24,075 bases of DNA from an uncultured bacterium (GCA_964607485.1 CAZSKP010000040.1:16380-40454); one strand, 5' to 3'; counted from the first letter of the stretch, positions 8,252 to 16,621 are shown. Translations and numbers: made by a program. Notes: generated by a model from the sequence alone, not told the origin.

Positions 8252-8827
8252 ATGGAACTGAAGGGAAAGAAAGTGTTGATTCTGGCGGATGATATGTATG
8301 AGGATATGGAGCTGTGGTATCCGAAGATCAGGCTGACCGAGGCCGGCGCGAAGGTGAAGGTCGCTGGTGTGGAGAAGCGGACGTACCACGGCAAGCACGG
8401 CTATCCCGTCGAGGCGGACGACAAAATCTCGGCCTACGACCCGAAGGATTTCGACTGCGTCGTCGTACCGGGAGGCTACGCGCCCGACAAGCTGCGGCGC
8501 TCGAAGTCGGTGCTCGCCTTTGTGAAGAAGATGCACGACGACGGCAAGGTGGTGGCCTCGATATGCCACGCGGCGTGGGTGCCCATCTCGGCGGGCATCG
8601 TCAAGGGAAAGACGATGACGTGCTTCTCGGCCATCAAGGACGACCTCGTCAATGCGGGCGCCAGGTTTGTGGACCAGTCGGTGGTCGTGGACGGCAACAT
8701 CGTCAGTTCGCGCACGCCCGACGACCTGCCCGATTTCTGCAAGGCCATCATATCGCTCCTCGCCGGCAAGGGCGAATACAGGCCGGTGACAATGGAGGCG
8801 ATGCAGGACGCCGAGGCGTACCTGTGA
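8252..8827 (+). CDS. PfpI/DJ-1 family type 1 glutamine amidotransferase-domain protein (protease/deglycase)
   Basis: YEDMELWYP, VPGGYAPDKLR, nucleophile motif SICHA, VVVDGNIVSSRTPDDLP; strong RBS AAGGAGGT. Confidence 0.92.
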   Translation: MELKGKKVLILADDMYEDMELWYPKIRLTEAGAKVKVAGVEKRTYHGKHGYPVEADDKISAYDPKDFDCVVVPGGYAPDKLRRSKSVLAFVKKMHDDGKVVASICHAAWVPISAGIVKGKTMTCFSAIKDDLVNAGARFVDQSVVVDGNIVSSRTPDDLPDFCKAIISLLAGKGEYRPVTMEAMQDAEAYL

Positions 8828-8852
8828 ATCGGGCCGCAGATTGAAAAGCTCG

Positions 8853-8902
8853 GGGAGGCCAAGGCGCGGGGAGCGTGACCCGACGCCTGCCTCCCTTTTT
8901 TT
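8853..8902 (+). terminator. Rho-independent terminator after the PfpI gene
   Basis: Nested stem GGGAGGC/GCCTCCC, AGGCG/CGCCT, CGGG/CCCG followed by T7. Confidence 0.75.
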
Positions 8903-8995
8903 GACTATGCCCGCGCCTCGGACCCCGTATTTGAGTCTCGATTAACACCAGTCCCGAATTCCCGCCGTTTTTTCTCCCGTTTGCCCATTATGCGC

Positions 8996-9025
8996 TTGCA
9001 TTCGGCAACCGGGTTGTGATAAGAT
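8996..9025 (+). promoter_or_regulatory. Putative sigma-70 promoter with extended -10
   Basis: TTGCAT-18 nt-TAAGAT with TG at 9017-9018, upstream of the TPR/Fe-S genes. Confidence 0.45.
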
Positions 9026-9064
9026 TGCCTGCGTACGGGTTTGTCTCGAAGAAGCTTTTTGATA

Positions 9065-9286
9065 ATGCACTTAGGATACACACAAGAGCCGGAAAAATTG
9101 AACCCCGAGCTCGCCCTCAGACACTATGGGCGGGCTCTAGAATTCTTGCGCGCCGGAGACAAATCCCGAGCGATGGCGGAGCTCAGGCGGGTGCTCGGGT
9201 ACGATCCCGATTTCTCCGAGGCGCGCGCAAAGCTGGAACAATTGGTCGAGAGGCCGGACGAACCCGGCCGCTCTGCCGACGATTGA
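9065..9286 (+). CDS. Small single-TPR protein (73 aa)
   Basis: ALRHYGRALEFLRAGDKSRAMAELRRVLGYDPDFSEARAKL fits the TPR consensus plus a capping helix; ATG 9065 preferred to TTG 9041. Confidence 0.65.
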   Translation: MHLGYTQEPEKLNPELALRHYGRALEFLRAGDKSRAMAELRRVLGYDPDFSEARAKLEQLVERPDEPGRSADD

Positions 9287-9366
9287 AGCGGCTCTTCCTT
9301 TCCGGTTCTCCAGACTGACCGGGAACCCGAAATCAGAGGCCTGAAACCAACGACGGGAGGAACGCG

Positions 9367-10200
9367 ATGTGTCGTTTTTGTGAGGAGTACGGCGACGGCG
9401 GGAAGTGGTATCTCAACCCCGCCAACTACGCGCGCCGGCTGTACAAGACGCGAAAAGAGGGCGACCAGTCGCTGGGCGCCGATGCCGACCCGCAGGCGGC
9501 AGGCATGGGCGGCGCCGTCATCAACGACATAATCAGGGCCCGCGCCGCCGGCAAGCCGGACGAGGAGGCGCGGATCAAGAAGGAGGCGCTCGACAAGGCC
9601 TACCAGATACACTTCGCGCAGGTCGTCACGCTGGAGGAGACCAAGCAGATTTTCGACATCGCCTACCCGATAGCGCGGATGACGTGCGCGTGCAGGCGTG
9701 CGTCGGTGGCGCTGCCCGACGAGCAGAACTTCACCTGCATCGGCATCGGGCCGGGCATGTATAAATGGGAGCGCTGGCCCGAAACATACCGGGGCGGCGT
9801 CGAGTTCATGACGCCCACCGAGGCGAAGCGCTGGGCCGACGTCGCCGACGAAGCGGGGCTCGTGCACACGATAGACGTGTTCGGGCTGCCGTACATCGGC
9901 GGCATGTGCCAGTGCGAGTACCCCGGCTGCGTCGCCATCCGGAACCGGCTCGATTACGACTTCAAATTCCTGCTCAAGGGCGAATACGTCGCCGAGATCG
10001 ACCCCGAGAAATGCATCGGCTGCAAGAAATGCATCCCGCGATGCCATTTCCGCGCCGCGTATTTCAAGGTGTACTCCGAGAAGGCGGCCATCGACATGAT
10101 GCAATGCTTCGGGTGCGGCCTGTGCATGAGCGTGTGCCCGACGAAGGCCATCACGCTCGTCGAGAAGAGTTCTTTCCCCGCGCTGGCGGATAACTGGTAA
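9367..10200 (+). CDS. 4Fe-4S dicluster domain protein with an extra Cys-rich N-terminal region
   Basis: C-terminal CIGCKKCIPRC and CFGCGLCMSVCP; also MCRFC, CACRR, GLVH, CQCEYPGC; RBS GGGAGG. Confidence 0.88.
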   Translation: MCRFCEEYGDGGKWYLNPANYARRLYKTRKEGDQSLGADADPQAAGMGGAVINDIIRARAAGKPDEEARIKKEALDKAYQIHFAQVVTLEETKQIFDIAYPIARMTCACRRASVALPDEQNFTCIGIGPGMYKWERWPETYRGGVEFMTPTEAKRWADVADEAGLVHTIDVFGLPYIGGMCQCEYPGCVAIRNRLDYDFKFLLKGEYVAEIDPEKCIGCKKCIPRCHFRAAYFKVYSEKAAIDMMQCFGCGLCMSVCPTKAITLVEKSSFPALADNW

Positions 10201-10214
10201 ACGGAGGAACGACG

Positions 10215-10532
10215 ATGCTTCCAAAGATAACCGTCGATGTTTCGACATGCCTCGGCCCGCACGAGTGCGGCCAGTGCCTGAGAACCTGCCCCATGACGGT
10301 GTTCATAGCCGGGCCTACGAAGGTGTGGAAGTTCCGCGAGACCGACCGGAGCGACTATCAAGTGTACGCGCGCTACTACGACCAGTGCGTCATGTGCCAG
10401 AAATGCGTGGAGGTCTGCCCGGTCGAGGCCATAACCGTCAAAGTGGATGAAGCTGCGCTCGCCCGGGCGGCGGCCGTCGCGCCGGATGAAGCGCCCGAGC
10501 CTTCGGCCGAATATCCTGCGGCGGCAGACTGA
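10215..10532 (+). CDS. 2x[4Fe-4S] ferredoxin-like protein
   Basis: CLGPHECGQCLRTCP and CVMCQKCVEVCP; RBS GGAGG. Confidence 0.88.
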   Translation: MLPKITVDVSTCLGPHECGQCLRTCPMTVFIAGPTKVWKFRETDRSDYQVYARYYDQCVMCQKCVEVCPVEAITVKVDEAALARAAAVAPDEAPEPSAEYPAAAD

Positions 10533-10570
10533 GGCGATCGCGTTCGATATAGCAACGGAGGGACGAGAGA

Positions 10571-11203
10571 ATGGCGGAGAAAAAAACAAAAAAGAAGAAA
10601 AGCGCCGAGGCTGCGAAGAAAAAGATGGGCCTCAGCGATGAGATAGCTCCCGGCCGTCGGATGAAACTGGAAGAGGGAGCGACATTCGAGTTCGACATGC
10701 CCAAGCAGATGGCCGAGGAGATCTCCTCCTCGTTCAGCTTCCAGGAACTGGCCGACAACCTCCGCGACAAGCCCGAGGACGAGGCCCGAAAGGTGTACGA
10801 CGAGTTCGGCCGCGCCGTCATGAAGAAGGTCATCGAGCTTGCCGACGAAAAATATCGCGACCGAACCACCGAGATGATGGAACTCGTCGCCGGCCAGACC
10901 GGCATCCATTTCCCCCACCGCATACAGCGCTACGTCGAGCTGTCCGTGCTCTCGCTCCGGCCCGAGGACAAGTGGAACGTCACCCGCTCGACCACCAAGG
11001 AGATTCGCTTCCAGGAATACTCCTGCGGCGTGAACAAGGCGCTCGCCGAGGCGGGCATAAACCTCGAGGGGCTGCCCTGCGGCGCAAGCTGCATCGGCGG
11101 ATTCATCGAGGCCGCCAGGGCGGTGTCCGTGAAGATGCGAGTCGCCCACACGGCCAAACTGCCCGAGGCCGGCTACTGCGAATTCTGCTTCTACGCACTC
11201 TGA
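10571..11203 (+). CDS. Hypothetical protein, V4R/ATC-hydrolase-like with C-terminal Cys cluster
   Basis: Host-like codon use; FQEYSCGV...LPCGASC...GYCEFCF Cys spacing resembles V4R/ATC-hydrolase-like folds (family assignment tentative). Confidence 0.6.
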   Translation: MAEKKTKKKKSAEAAKKKMGLSDEIAPGRRMKLEEGATFEFDMPKQMAEEISSSFSFQELADNLRDKPEDEARKVYDEFGRAVMKKVIELADEKYRDRTTEMMELVAGQTGIHFPHRIQRYVELSVLSLRPEDKWNVTRSTTKEIRFQEYSCGVNKALAEAGINLEGLPCGASCIGGFIEAARAVSVKMRVAHTAKLPEAGYCEFCFYAL

Positions 11204-11303
11204 CAATTCCCGGTTTGTGGAATAGAGGTCTCAACGCCGAAGGAGACTGTGAGACTATCCCGCAATCGTGACAATTGCAGCCTTATTTCTCTATGCTGTT
11301 TTT

Positions 11304-11333
11304 TGTAGGGGCGGTTCGCGAACCGCCCCTACA
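11304..11333. repeat. GTAG-type REP palindrome
   Basis: Perfect 30-bp palindrome TGTAGGGGCGGTTCG|CGAACCGCCCCTACA with a GTAG tag, intergenic. Confidence 0.8.
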
Positions 11334-11378
11334 TTATCGGACTCACTCACTGTGCCCATTTATGGGAGAACCTCCCGC

Positions 11379-12959
11379 ATGAACAGAGTCGGGTTTCTCA
11401 GAGCATTGAAATATATCTTTGACATCCTGGCTGCCGTCTTCGGCGGAGCGGTTGCTTTGAATGTCGGCGCAGAAGTACTGTTTGACTATCCCATCCTTAA
11501 GATGCTCGATCCAATGAGGCTTCACCTGGCAATCGCCGCCATCCTATCGGTCATAATTGCACGCCTGGCCGGATGGCGACAGGAAGCTGTGGAACAACCT
11601 CTCTTGGAGACCACCACGGGTCCCCGTGGCGAGCCGGTGCAAGAGGCCACCCTCAGCGGATTTGAAAAAGAAGTTGATGACGCCGCGACCGAAGCTAAAC
11701 AGGAAGCGACCATATATTTCAAAGCCGGCAAGCAGGATTCCGCCGCACATCGTTACAAAGAAGCCGTTGCCAACTACCAGAGATCCGTGGATTCTCTTCC
11801 AACGATGTCGGGTTATCTGAACTTGGGAATTTCTCTTTTCCATATCTCAGACTACCTTAGGGCTGAGGATGCTTATCGTTCCGGTCTTAAGATCGCGCAA
11901 AAGGAAAATGATGAAGAGTTGAAAGCTGCATTCCTCGGCAACATCGGCCTCGTCTATGCCAATCAGGGGAAGCTGGATGAGGCGCTTCAATCGCACAAAA
12001 CGGCGCTGGAGATCCACAAACAGATTGCGAACGTGATGGGTGGAGCCAATCAACTGGGAAACATCGGCCTCGTCTATCGTGACCAGGGGAAGCTGGATGA
12101 GGCGCTTCAATCGCACAAAGCGGCGCTGGAGATCCACAAACAGATTGGCAACCAGTTGGGTGAGGCTAATCAACTCTGTAACATCGGCAACGTCTATTGT
12201 GAGCAGGGAAGGCTGGATCAGGCACTCATATCGTACAAGGCAGCGCTGGTAATCCACAAACAGATCAGCAACCTCTTAGGAGAGGCTCAGGACCTCGGTA
12301 ACATCGGTAATGTCTGTCGCGACCAAGGAAAGCTAAACGAGGCACTCATATCGTACAAGGCAGCGCTGGAGATCCACAAGCAGATCGGCAACCTCCTCGG
12401 TGAGGCTCAGGACCATGGCAATACCGGCAACGTCTATGCTCAGCAGGGGAAGCTGGATGAGGCCCTCAAATCACATATGAAAGCGCTGGAAATCGACAGA
12501 CAGATTGGCAACCCTCAGGGCGAGGCCAATCAACTCTGCAACATCGGCAACGTCTACTTTCCTCAGGGGAAGCTGGATGAGGCTTTACAGTCACATATGA
12601 AAGCGTTGGAGCTCCACCGACAGATCGGCAACCCGTTGGGTGAGGCAGCAGACCTCGGCAACATGGGCATCGTCTACTTTGATCAGGGTAGGGTAGATGA
12701 GGCGCTGCAATCATTCAAGGCAGCATTGGAGATTCACAAACGGATCGGCCACCCGCAGGGTGAGGCCGCTAACCTCGGCAACATCGGCCTCCTCTATTAT
12801 GATCAGGGAAAGCTGGAAGAGGCGCTTGAACAGTACAAGGCGGCGCTGAAAATCCATAAGGGGATCGGCAACTCGCTGGGCGAGGCGGATGCCCTCGGAA
12901 ACATCGGTCTCGTCTATGCTCGGCAGGGAAAGCAGGCTGAGGCTCTGGAAATGCTCTAG
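11379..12959 (+). CDS. Membrane-anchored TPR protein with 40-aa repeats; homologous frame continues past TAG to 13055
   Basis: Two N-terminal hydrophobic helices, then GNIGxVYxxQGKLDEALxSxKAALEIHKQIGNxxGEA repeats. ATG 11379 has RBS GGGAG; the track start at 11268 would run through the REP. Confidence 0.88.
   Translation: MNRVGFLRALKYIFDILAAVFGGAVALNVGAEVLFDYPILKMLDPMRLHLAIAAILSVIIARLAGWRQEAVEQPLLETTTGPRGEPVQEATLSGFEKEVDDAATEAKQEATIYFKAGKQDSAAHRYKEAVANYQRSVDSLPTMSGYLNLGISLFHISDYLRAEDAYRSGLKIAQKENDEELKAAFLGNIGLVYANQGKLDEALQSHKTALEIHKQIANVMGGANQLGNIGLVYRDQGKLDEALQSHKAALEIHKQIGNQLGEANQLCNIGNVYCEQGRLDQALISYKAALVIHKQISNLLGEAQDLGNIGNVCRDQGKLNEALISYKAALEIHKQIGNLLGEAQDHGNTGNVYAQQGKLDEALKSHMKALEIDRQIGNPQGEANQLCNIGNVYFPQGKLDEALQSHMKALELHRQIGNPLGEAADLGNMGIVYFDQGRVDEALQSFKAALEIHKRIGHPQGEAANLGNIGLLYYDQGKLEEALEQYKAALKIHKGIGNSLGEADALGNIGLVYARQGKQAEALEML
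11935..12959 (+). repeat. Intragenic tandem repeat, 120-bp unit, about 8.5 copies
   Basis: ACATCGG-like starts at 11941, 12061, 12181, 12301, 12421, 12541, 12661, 12781 and 12901, an exact 120-nt period. Confidence 0.92.
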
Positions 12960-13087
12960 CAGGCCGAGTCCATTTATTTGAAGATCGGTGCAAAGACCGA
13001 TGGTCTGAGAATAGTTGAAAAGAAGATTGAGGAACTCTCACAAGGCGCCCCATAGCTAGGAATCCGTTCAAATCCCGCCCATCGCCC

Positions 13088-14464
13088 TCAGGAAAGAGAA
13101 TCTTGTCCGTGCAATATCTGCTCTATGTCGGGACTGTTCAGCGAAGGGTCGAGTGAAATGGCTTCCTGCAAATACTCCCTGCCTTTGGCGGGATCGTTTT
13201 CTTGATAATAATAGATGAGGCCGATGAAGTATTTCGCGGCTGCGTCTTGCGGAGAGATGGTTTCCACGGCCTCGAACAGCGGCAGTGCCTCGGAGTATCT
13301 GCCCAACAGATAATAATTCAACGCCAGGTTCTTGGTTGTGGAGTATCCCTTATTGAGTGAGTAGCCTTTCTCATTGTGGGCGAGCGCCTTTTCGTAATCC
13401 GTCCAGTCCTCGTCGAACTCTCCCAAAAATATCAACCCCAAATTATTGTGTGCGTCGAAATCGTTCGGGTCCGACTTCAGCGCGTTTTCAAAATCGCGGA
13501 CGGCTTCCTCGATGTTGTTCCTCATCAGGTTGATATTCCCCGACATCGAATGATATAACGAATCGCCGGGCTCGCACAGCGACATGACTTTCTGATAGCT
13601 CTCGATTGCTTTCTCGGTGTTTCCCGTACACTCGTGCATGAATCCCAGGTTGCCATAGATAGTCACGGCGTTCCGGCGGTCGCTTGAATCCAGTTCCTCA
13701 ATCGCAAGGTTGAAATGGCGTTCCGCCTCGGTGTAGTTGCCTTCGGACATGAATGCCAGCGCTTTCTCGTTGTAGTCTACTGCATCGGATCGGAGCGCCT
13801 GAGCCGCAAAAGCGAGCCCGAATACAAGTGTGTAGAACAAGACCGGCAGTGCGATAAACATGATTATGCTTCGCACGAGCTTGGTCTCCTGTAATAGCCG
13901 AACACCCCGGTAGCTCAGACTGATTGAATACAGGATCGCAACTACGGAAACGAAAAGCCAGGTCAGGCCCAATGAAGGATTCGTCTCGCCGGTGAAATAC
14001 TTGTCACCATACACAATTGTATCGACGATTTCCGAAATGATTGCGGCTGCATAGACAGGAAGCCCGGTATAGAGGAACAAATTGCGTGATATGTGCCGGT
14101 TTTTTGAGCCGCCGGACAGCCAGACCCGGAAATGGTAGAAGGCGCCACCCACGTAGTAGCCCACGTATCCCGACACAATTCCGCCGATGAGGATGAGGCC
14201 CCAAATCGCGGGCCAATTGCCCAGCGGGTATGTCTGATTTTGGAGCGCCTTGAGCTCGATTCGGTCGATAACGCTCGACATGCCGAGCAACCACACAAAA
14301 ATGAACAAAAACGGAGGCTTCTCAGCCGTCAAATGGTTCTTCAGGACGGCCCTGTAATCAAAGAAGAAATCCCGAATGAACGAGGGAAAAACAGGCTTGG
14401 CCTGGAGTTGGCCCGGCATTAGATTGTCGGTGTCAAACTGTTGCGGCTGCATTTGTGGATTCAT
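13088..14464 (-). CDS. Yip1-like multi-pass membrane domain fused to C-terminal TPRs
   Basis: About five hydrophobic helices with the Yip1-like FHFRVWLSGGS-type loop (GAFYHFRVWLSGGS); C-terminal TPRs (AHNNLGLIFL, AKYFIGLIYY, AISLDPS); RBS GAGG. Confidence 0.78.
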   Translation of the reverse strand: MNPQMQPQQFDTDNLMPGQLQAKPVFPSFIRDFFFDYRAVLKNHLTAEKPPFLFIFVWLLGMSSVIDRIELKALQNQTYPLGNWPAIWGLILIGGIVSGYVGYYVGGAFYHFRVWLSGGSKNRHISRNLFLYTGLPVYAAAIISEIVDTIVYGDKYFTGETNPSLGLTWLFVSVVAILYSISLSYRGVRLLQETKLVRSIIMFIALPVLFYTLVFGLAFAAQALRSDAVDYNEKALAFMSEGNYTEAERHFNLAIEELDSSDRRNAVTIYGNLGFMHECTGNTEKAIESYQKVMSLCEPGDSLYHSMSGNINLMRNNIEEAVRDFENALKSDPNDFDAHNNLGLIFLGEFDEDWTDYEKALAHNEKGYSLNKGYSTTKNLALNYYLLGRYSEALPLFEAVETISPQDAAAKYFIGLIYYYQENDPAKGREYLQEAISLDPSLNSPDIEQILHGQDSLS

Positions 14465-14619
14465 TGGCGGCCTCTATGTTTGATTGTCCCCGGTCTTGTG
14501 CATCGGATTGGGGCATGGAAAGTGCATATATTGTGCCAAAACTGGGGGTCATCCTCAGAGAACAGGCCTAATCTGCGGTCGGAAACGAGCGGGGCTCGAA
14601 ACCTGTTGGCGACGCCTCT

Positions 14620-15327
14620 TCACCACACTCCCGGCAGGAGCCGATACCTCACTTCTTCGGCGTAGGCGGCGTAGCCCGGTAGTTCCTTTTGCAGCGTGGT
14701 ATCTTCCAGATGCGTGCGCACGACGAGCAGAACCGCCACGACGCACGCGGGAATCAGCGCCCACAGCGAACCGAGGACAACCGCGATGCTTATTCCCAAC
14801 AGGATTCCCCCCACGTATCCCGGATGCCTGACAAAGCGGTAGGGACCGTCGCGGACGACCTCGTGCCCCCTGTCGGCCTGGATGCGGACGACGCTGGAAA
14901 AGAACCTGTTCGTCCACATCGCCCACAGATGACAAACATTCGCAAACGCGAAGACCGCGTAGCCCGCCACATAGACCGACGCGGGCAACTGCGGCGTCCA
15001 CCCGAAACGGCCCGCGTCCAGAACCGCGACCACTATGATTGCGGCGTACGCGGGCACATAGAACGCCCAGAACACCTTGTCCCACCATTTTGTGCCGGGG
15101 CCGGGCCTGGTCCGCTCCCTGACGAGGTCGGTCTTGTTGGCAAACAGGATCGACGAGAACAATACCAGCACAATGCAGGCCGCGCTGAAGACCCACGCCT
15201 GCCAGTACGTCACTCGCCCCGCCACTATGAAGAAACCGATTATCAGCAGCAGGAGCGAGAGAAAACCACGGACGACTATTCTGAAATATCCGCCCTTCTT
15301 CTCGTCCCCGCGTTTACTCTCCGGCAT
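14620..15327 (-). CDS. Isoprenylcysteine carboxyl methyltransferase (ICMT/PEMT) family membrane protein
   Basis: FFSSVVRIQ, HEVVRDGPYRFVRHPGY, EDTTLQKELPGYAAYAEEVRYRLLPGVW; RBS GGGGAG. Confidence 0.9.
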   Translation of the reverse strand: MPESKRGDEKKGGYFRIVVRGFLSLLLLIIGFFIVAGRVTYWQAWVFSAACIVLVLFSSILFANKTDLVRERTRPGPGTKWWDKVFWAFYVPAYAAIIVVAVLDAGRFGWTPQLPASVYVAGYAVFAFANVCHLWAMWTNRFFSSVVRIQADRGHEVVRDGPYRFVRHPGYVGGILLGISIAVVLGSLWALIPACVVAVLLVVRTHLEDTTLQKELPGYAAYAEEVRYRLLPGVW

Positions 15328-15398
15328 CGCGTATCTCCCCCTGTCCGATACATACTACTGAATGATTGAACGCGGTTTCAACTGCATGAGGGAGACTT

Positions 15399-15450
15399 CT
15401 TCTTTTTCTCTCTTTTCGGAAAGAGAGAAAAAGAAGCAAAAAGAGAGAAA
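15399..15450. repeat. Potential intrastrand triplex element (inverted plus mirror repeat)
   Basis: CTTCTTTTTCTCTCTTT-TCGG-AAAGAGAGAAAAAGAAG 17-bp hairpin, then AAAAAGAGAGAAA (15438-15450), the exact mirror of 15420-15432. Confidence 0.8.
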
Positions 15451-15458
15451 CGATTTCC

Positions 15459-15489
15459 TTATGTGAAGCTGCCGAGCAGCTTCACATAA
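15459..15489. repeat. Perfect 14-bp inverted repeat
   Basis: TTATGTGAAGCTGC-CGA-GCAGCTTCACATAA. Confidence 0.85.
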
Positions 15490-15550
15490 TCTGCCTCTTG
15501 AATTATGCATGGTCTCGAAGGTCATTGCGTATACCAGAGCCGTCTCCAGG

Positions 15551-15578
15551 CGTCATTCCCGCGAAAGCGGGAATCCAG
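15551..15578 (+). repeat. CGTC-type REP / dRS3-like palindromic repeat
   Basis: CGTCATTCCCGC-GAAA-GCGGGAATCCAG, with the ATTCCC-N8-GGGAAT core. Confidence 0.8.
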
Positions 15579-15706
15579 TTTTATCGCAAATGATACATTT
15601 GAGCAACACCCCCCTGAGGTATCTACACGGGACCTATGAAATACAACATTAGTGAGATAACATCTCCGTTCAGGAATGGCGTCCAGCCAACATAGACGGG
15701 GCAAAC

Positions 15707-15735
15707 TTCAAATTACCGTCCGGCCATGCTATAAT
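15707..15735 (+). promoter_or_regulatory. Sigma-70 promoter of the glycosyltransferase/radical SAM operon
   Basis: TTCAAA-17 nt-TATAAT with extended -10 (TGcTATAAT). Confidence 0.7.
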
Positions 15736-15757
15736 GTGGCGCAAAGGGGAGATGAAT

Positions 15758-16621
15758 GTGCCTGAGCCAGTCTCGATAATCATTCCCGCCCACAACGAAG
15801 AGATGGGCATCGGCTCCGTTCTGGAGGGAATCTCTTCCGCGATGAAGTCGGAGGGAATCGAGCACGAGATCATCGTGGTCAACGACGGTTCCACCGACGG
15901 AACCTCGCAGGCGGCGGCCAAGCATGCCGGCACGCGCGTCATCGACCTGGGCATGAACCTCGGCTACGGCGCGGCGATCAAGCAGGGCCTGAGGGCCGCG
16001 CGTTATGAGCTGGTTGCGATAACGGACGCCGACGGCACGTACCCCGCGGGGGCGCTGCCCGCGCTCGTGTGTGCCATGGACGACTCCGACATGGTGGTCG
16101 GCGCCCGCACGGGCGGCAGCGTCGCCATGCCCCTCCTCAGGCGGCCCGCCAAGTGGCTGCTGACGGCGCTCGCCAACTATCTCGCCTCGACGAAGATTCC
16201 CGACCTTAACTCCGGCATGAGAGTCATGCGCAAGTCGGTGCTCATGCGTTTCCTGAAAATCCTTCCGCAAGGATTCTCGTTCACGACGACGATCACGCTC
16301 GCCATGCTGAGCAACGACTATCGGGTGCTCTTCCGGCCCATCGACTACCATCCCCGCACGGGGAAAAGCAAGATAAGGCCCTTCGCCGACACGCTCGGAT
16401 TCCTGATGACGATCGTTCGCACGGTGATGTACTTTAACCCGCTCAAGATATTCATCCCCATCAGCGCCGCCCTTCTCCTGCTCGGCCTGGCGCTGCTTTT
16501 TTACAGTGGATTTGTGCTTCATCGGGTCATGGACGTCACGGTCATCATCCTCGTGTCTCTTGCCATACAGGTGGCGGTCATCGGGCTGTTGGCCGACCTG
16601 ATCGACAAACGAAACCCATAA
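15758..16621 (+). CDS. GT2 glycosyltransferase, polyprenol-phosphate (DPM1/GtrB-like) type
   Basis: IIIPAHNEE, VNDGSTD, NLGYGAA, ITDADGTY, DLNSGMR, R-x-GKSK, two C-terminal TM helices; GTG 15758 is best spaced from RBS GGGGAG. Confidence 0.9.
   Translation: MPEPVSIIIPAHNEEMGIGSVLEGISSAMKSEGIEHEIIVVNDGSTDGTSQAAAKHAGTRVIDLGMNLGYGAAIKQGLRAARYELVAITDADGTYPAGALPALVCAMDDSDMVVGARTGGSVAMPLLRRPAKWLLTALANYLASTKIPDLNSGMRVMRKSVLMRFLKILPQGFSFTTTITLAMLSNDYRVLFRPIDYHPRTGKSKIRPFADTLGFLMTIVRTVMYFNPLKIFIPISAALLLLGLALLFYSGFVLHRVMDVTVIILVSLAIQVAVIGLLADLIDKRNP

Noticed and set aside
6404-11203. Calling this block a prophage
   Set aside because: Only the terminase pair is phage-like; the following genes are cellular (PfpI, Fe-S proteins) and no integrase or structural gene is visible.
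11935-12959. CRISPR array or DGR template/variable repeat
   Set aside because: The repeats are in-frame 120-bp coding units without spacers; no cas or reverse transcriptase gene is present and differences are not adenine-specific.
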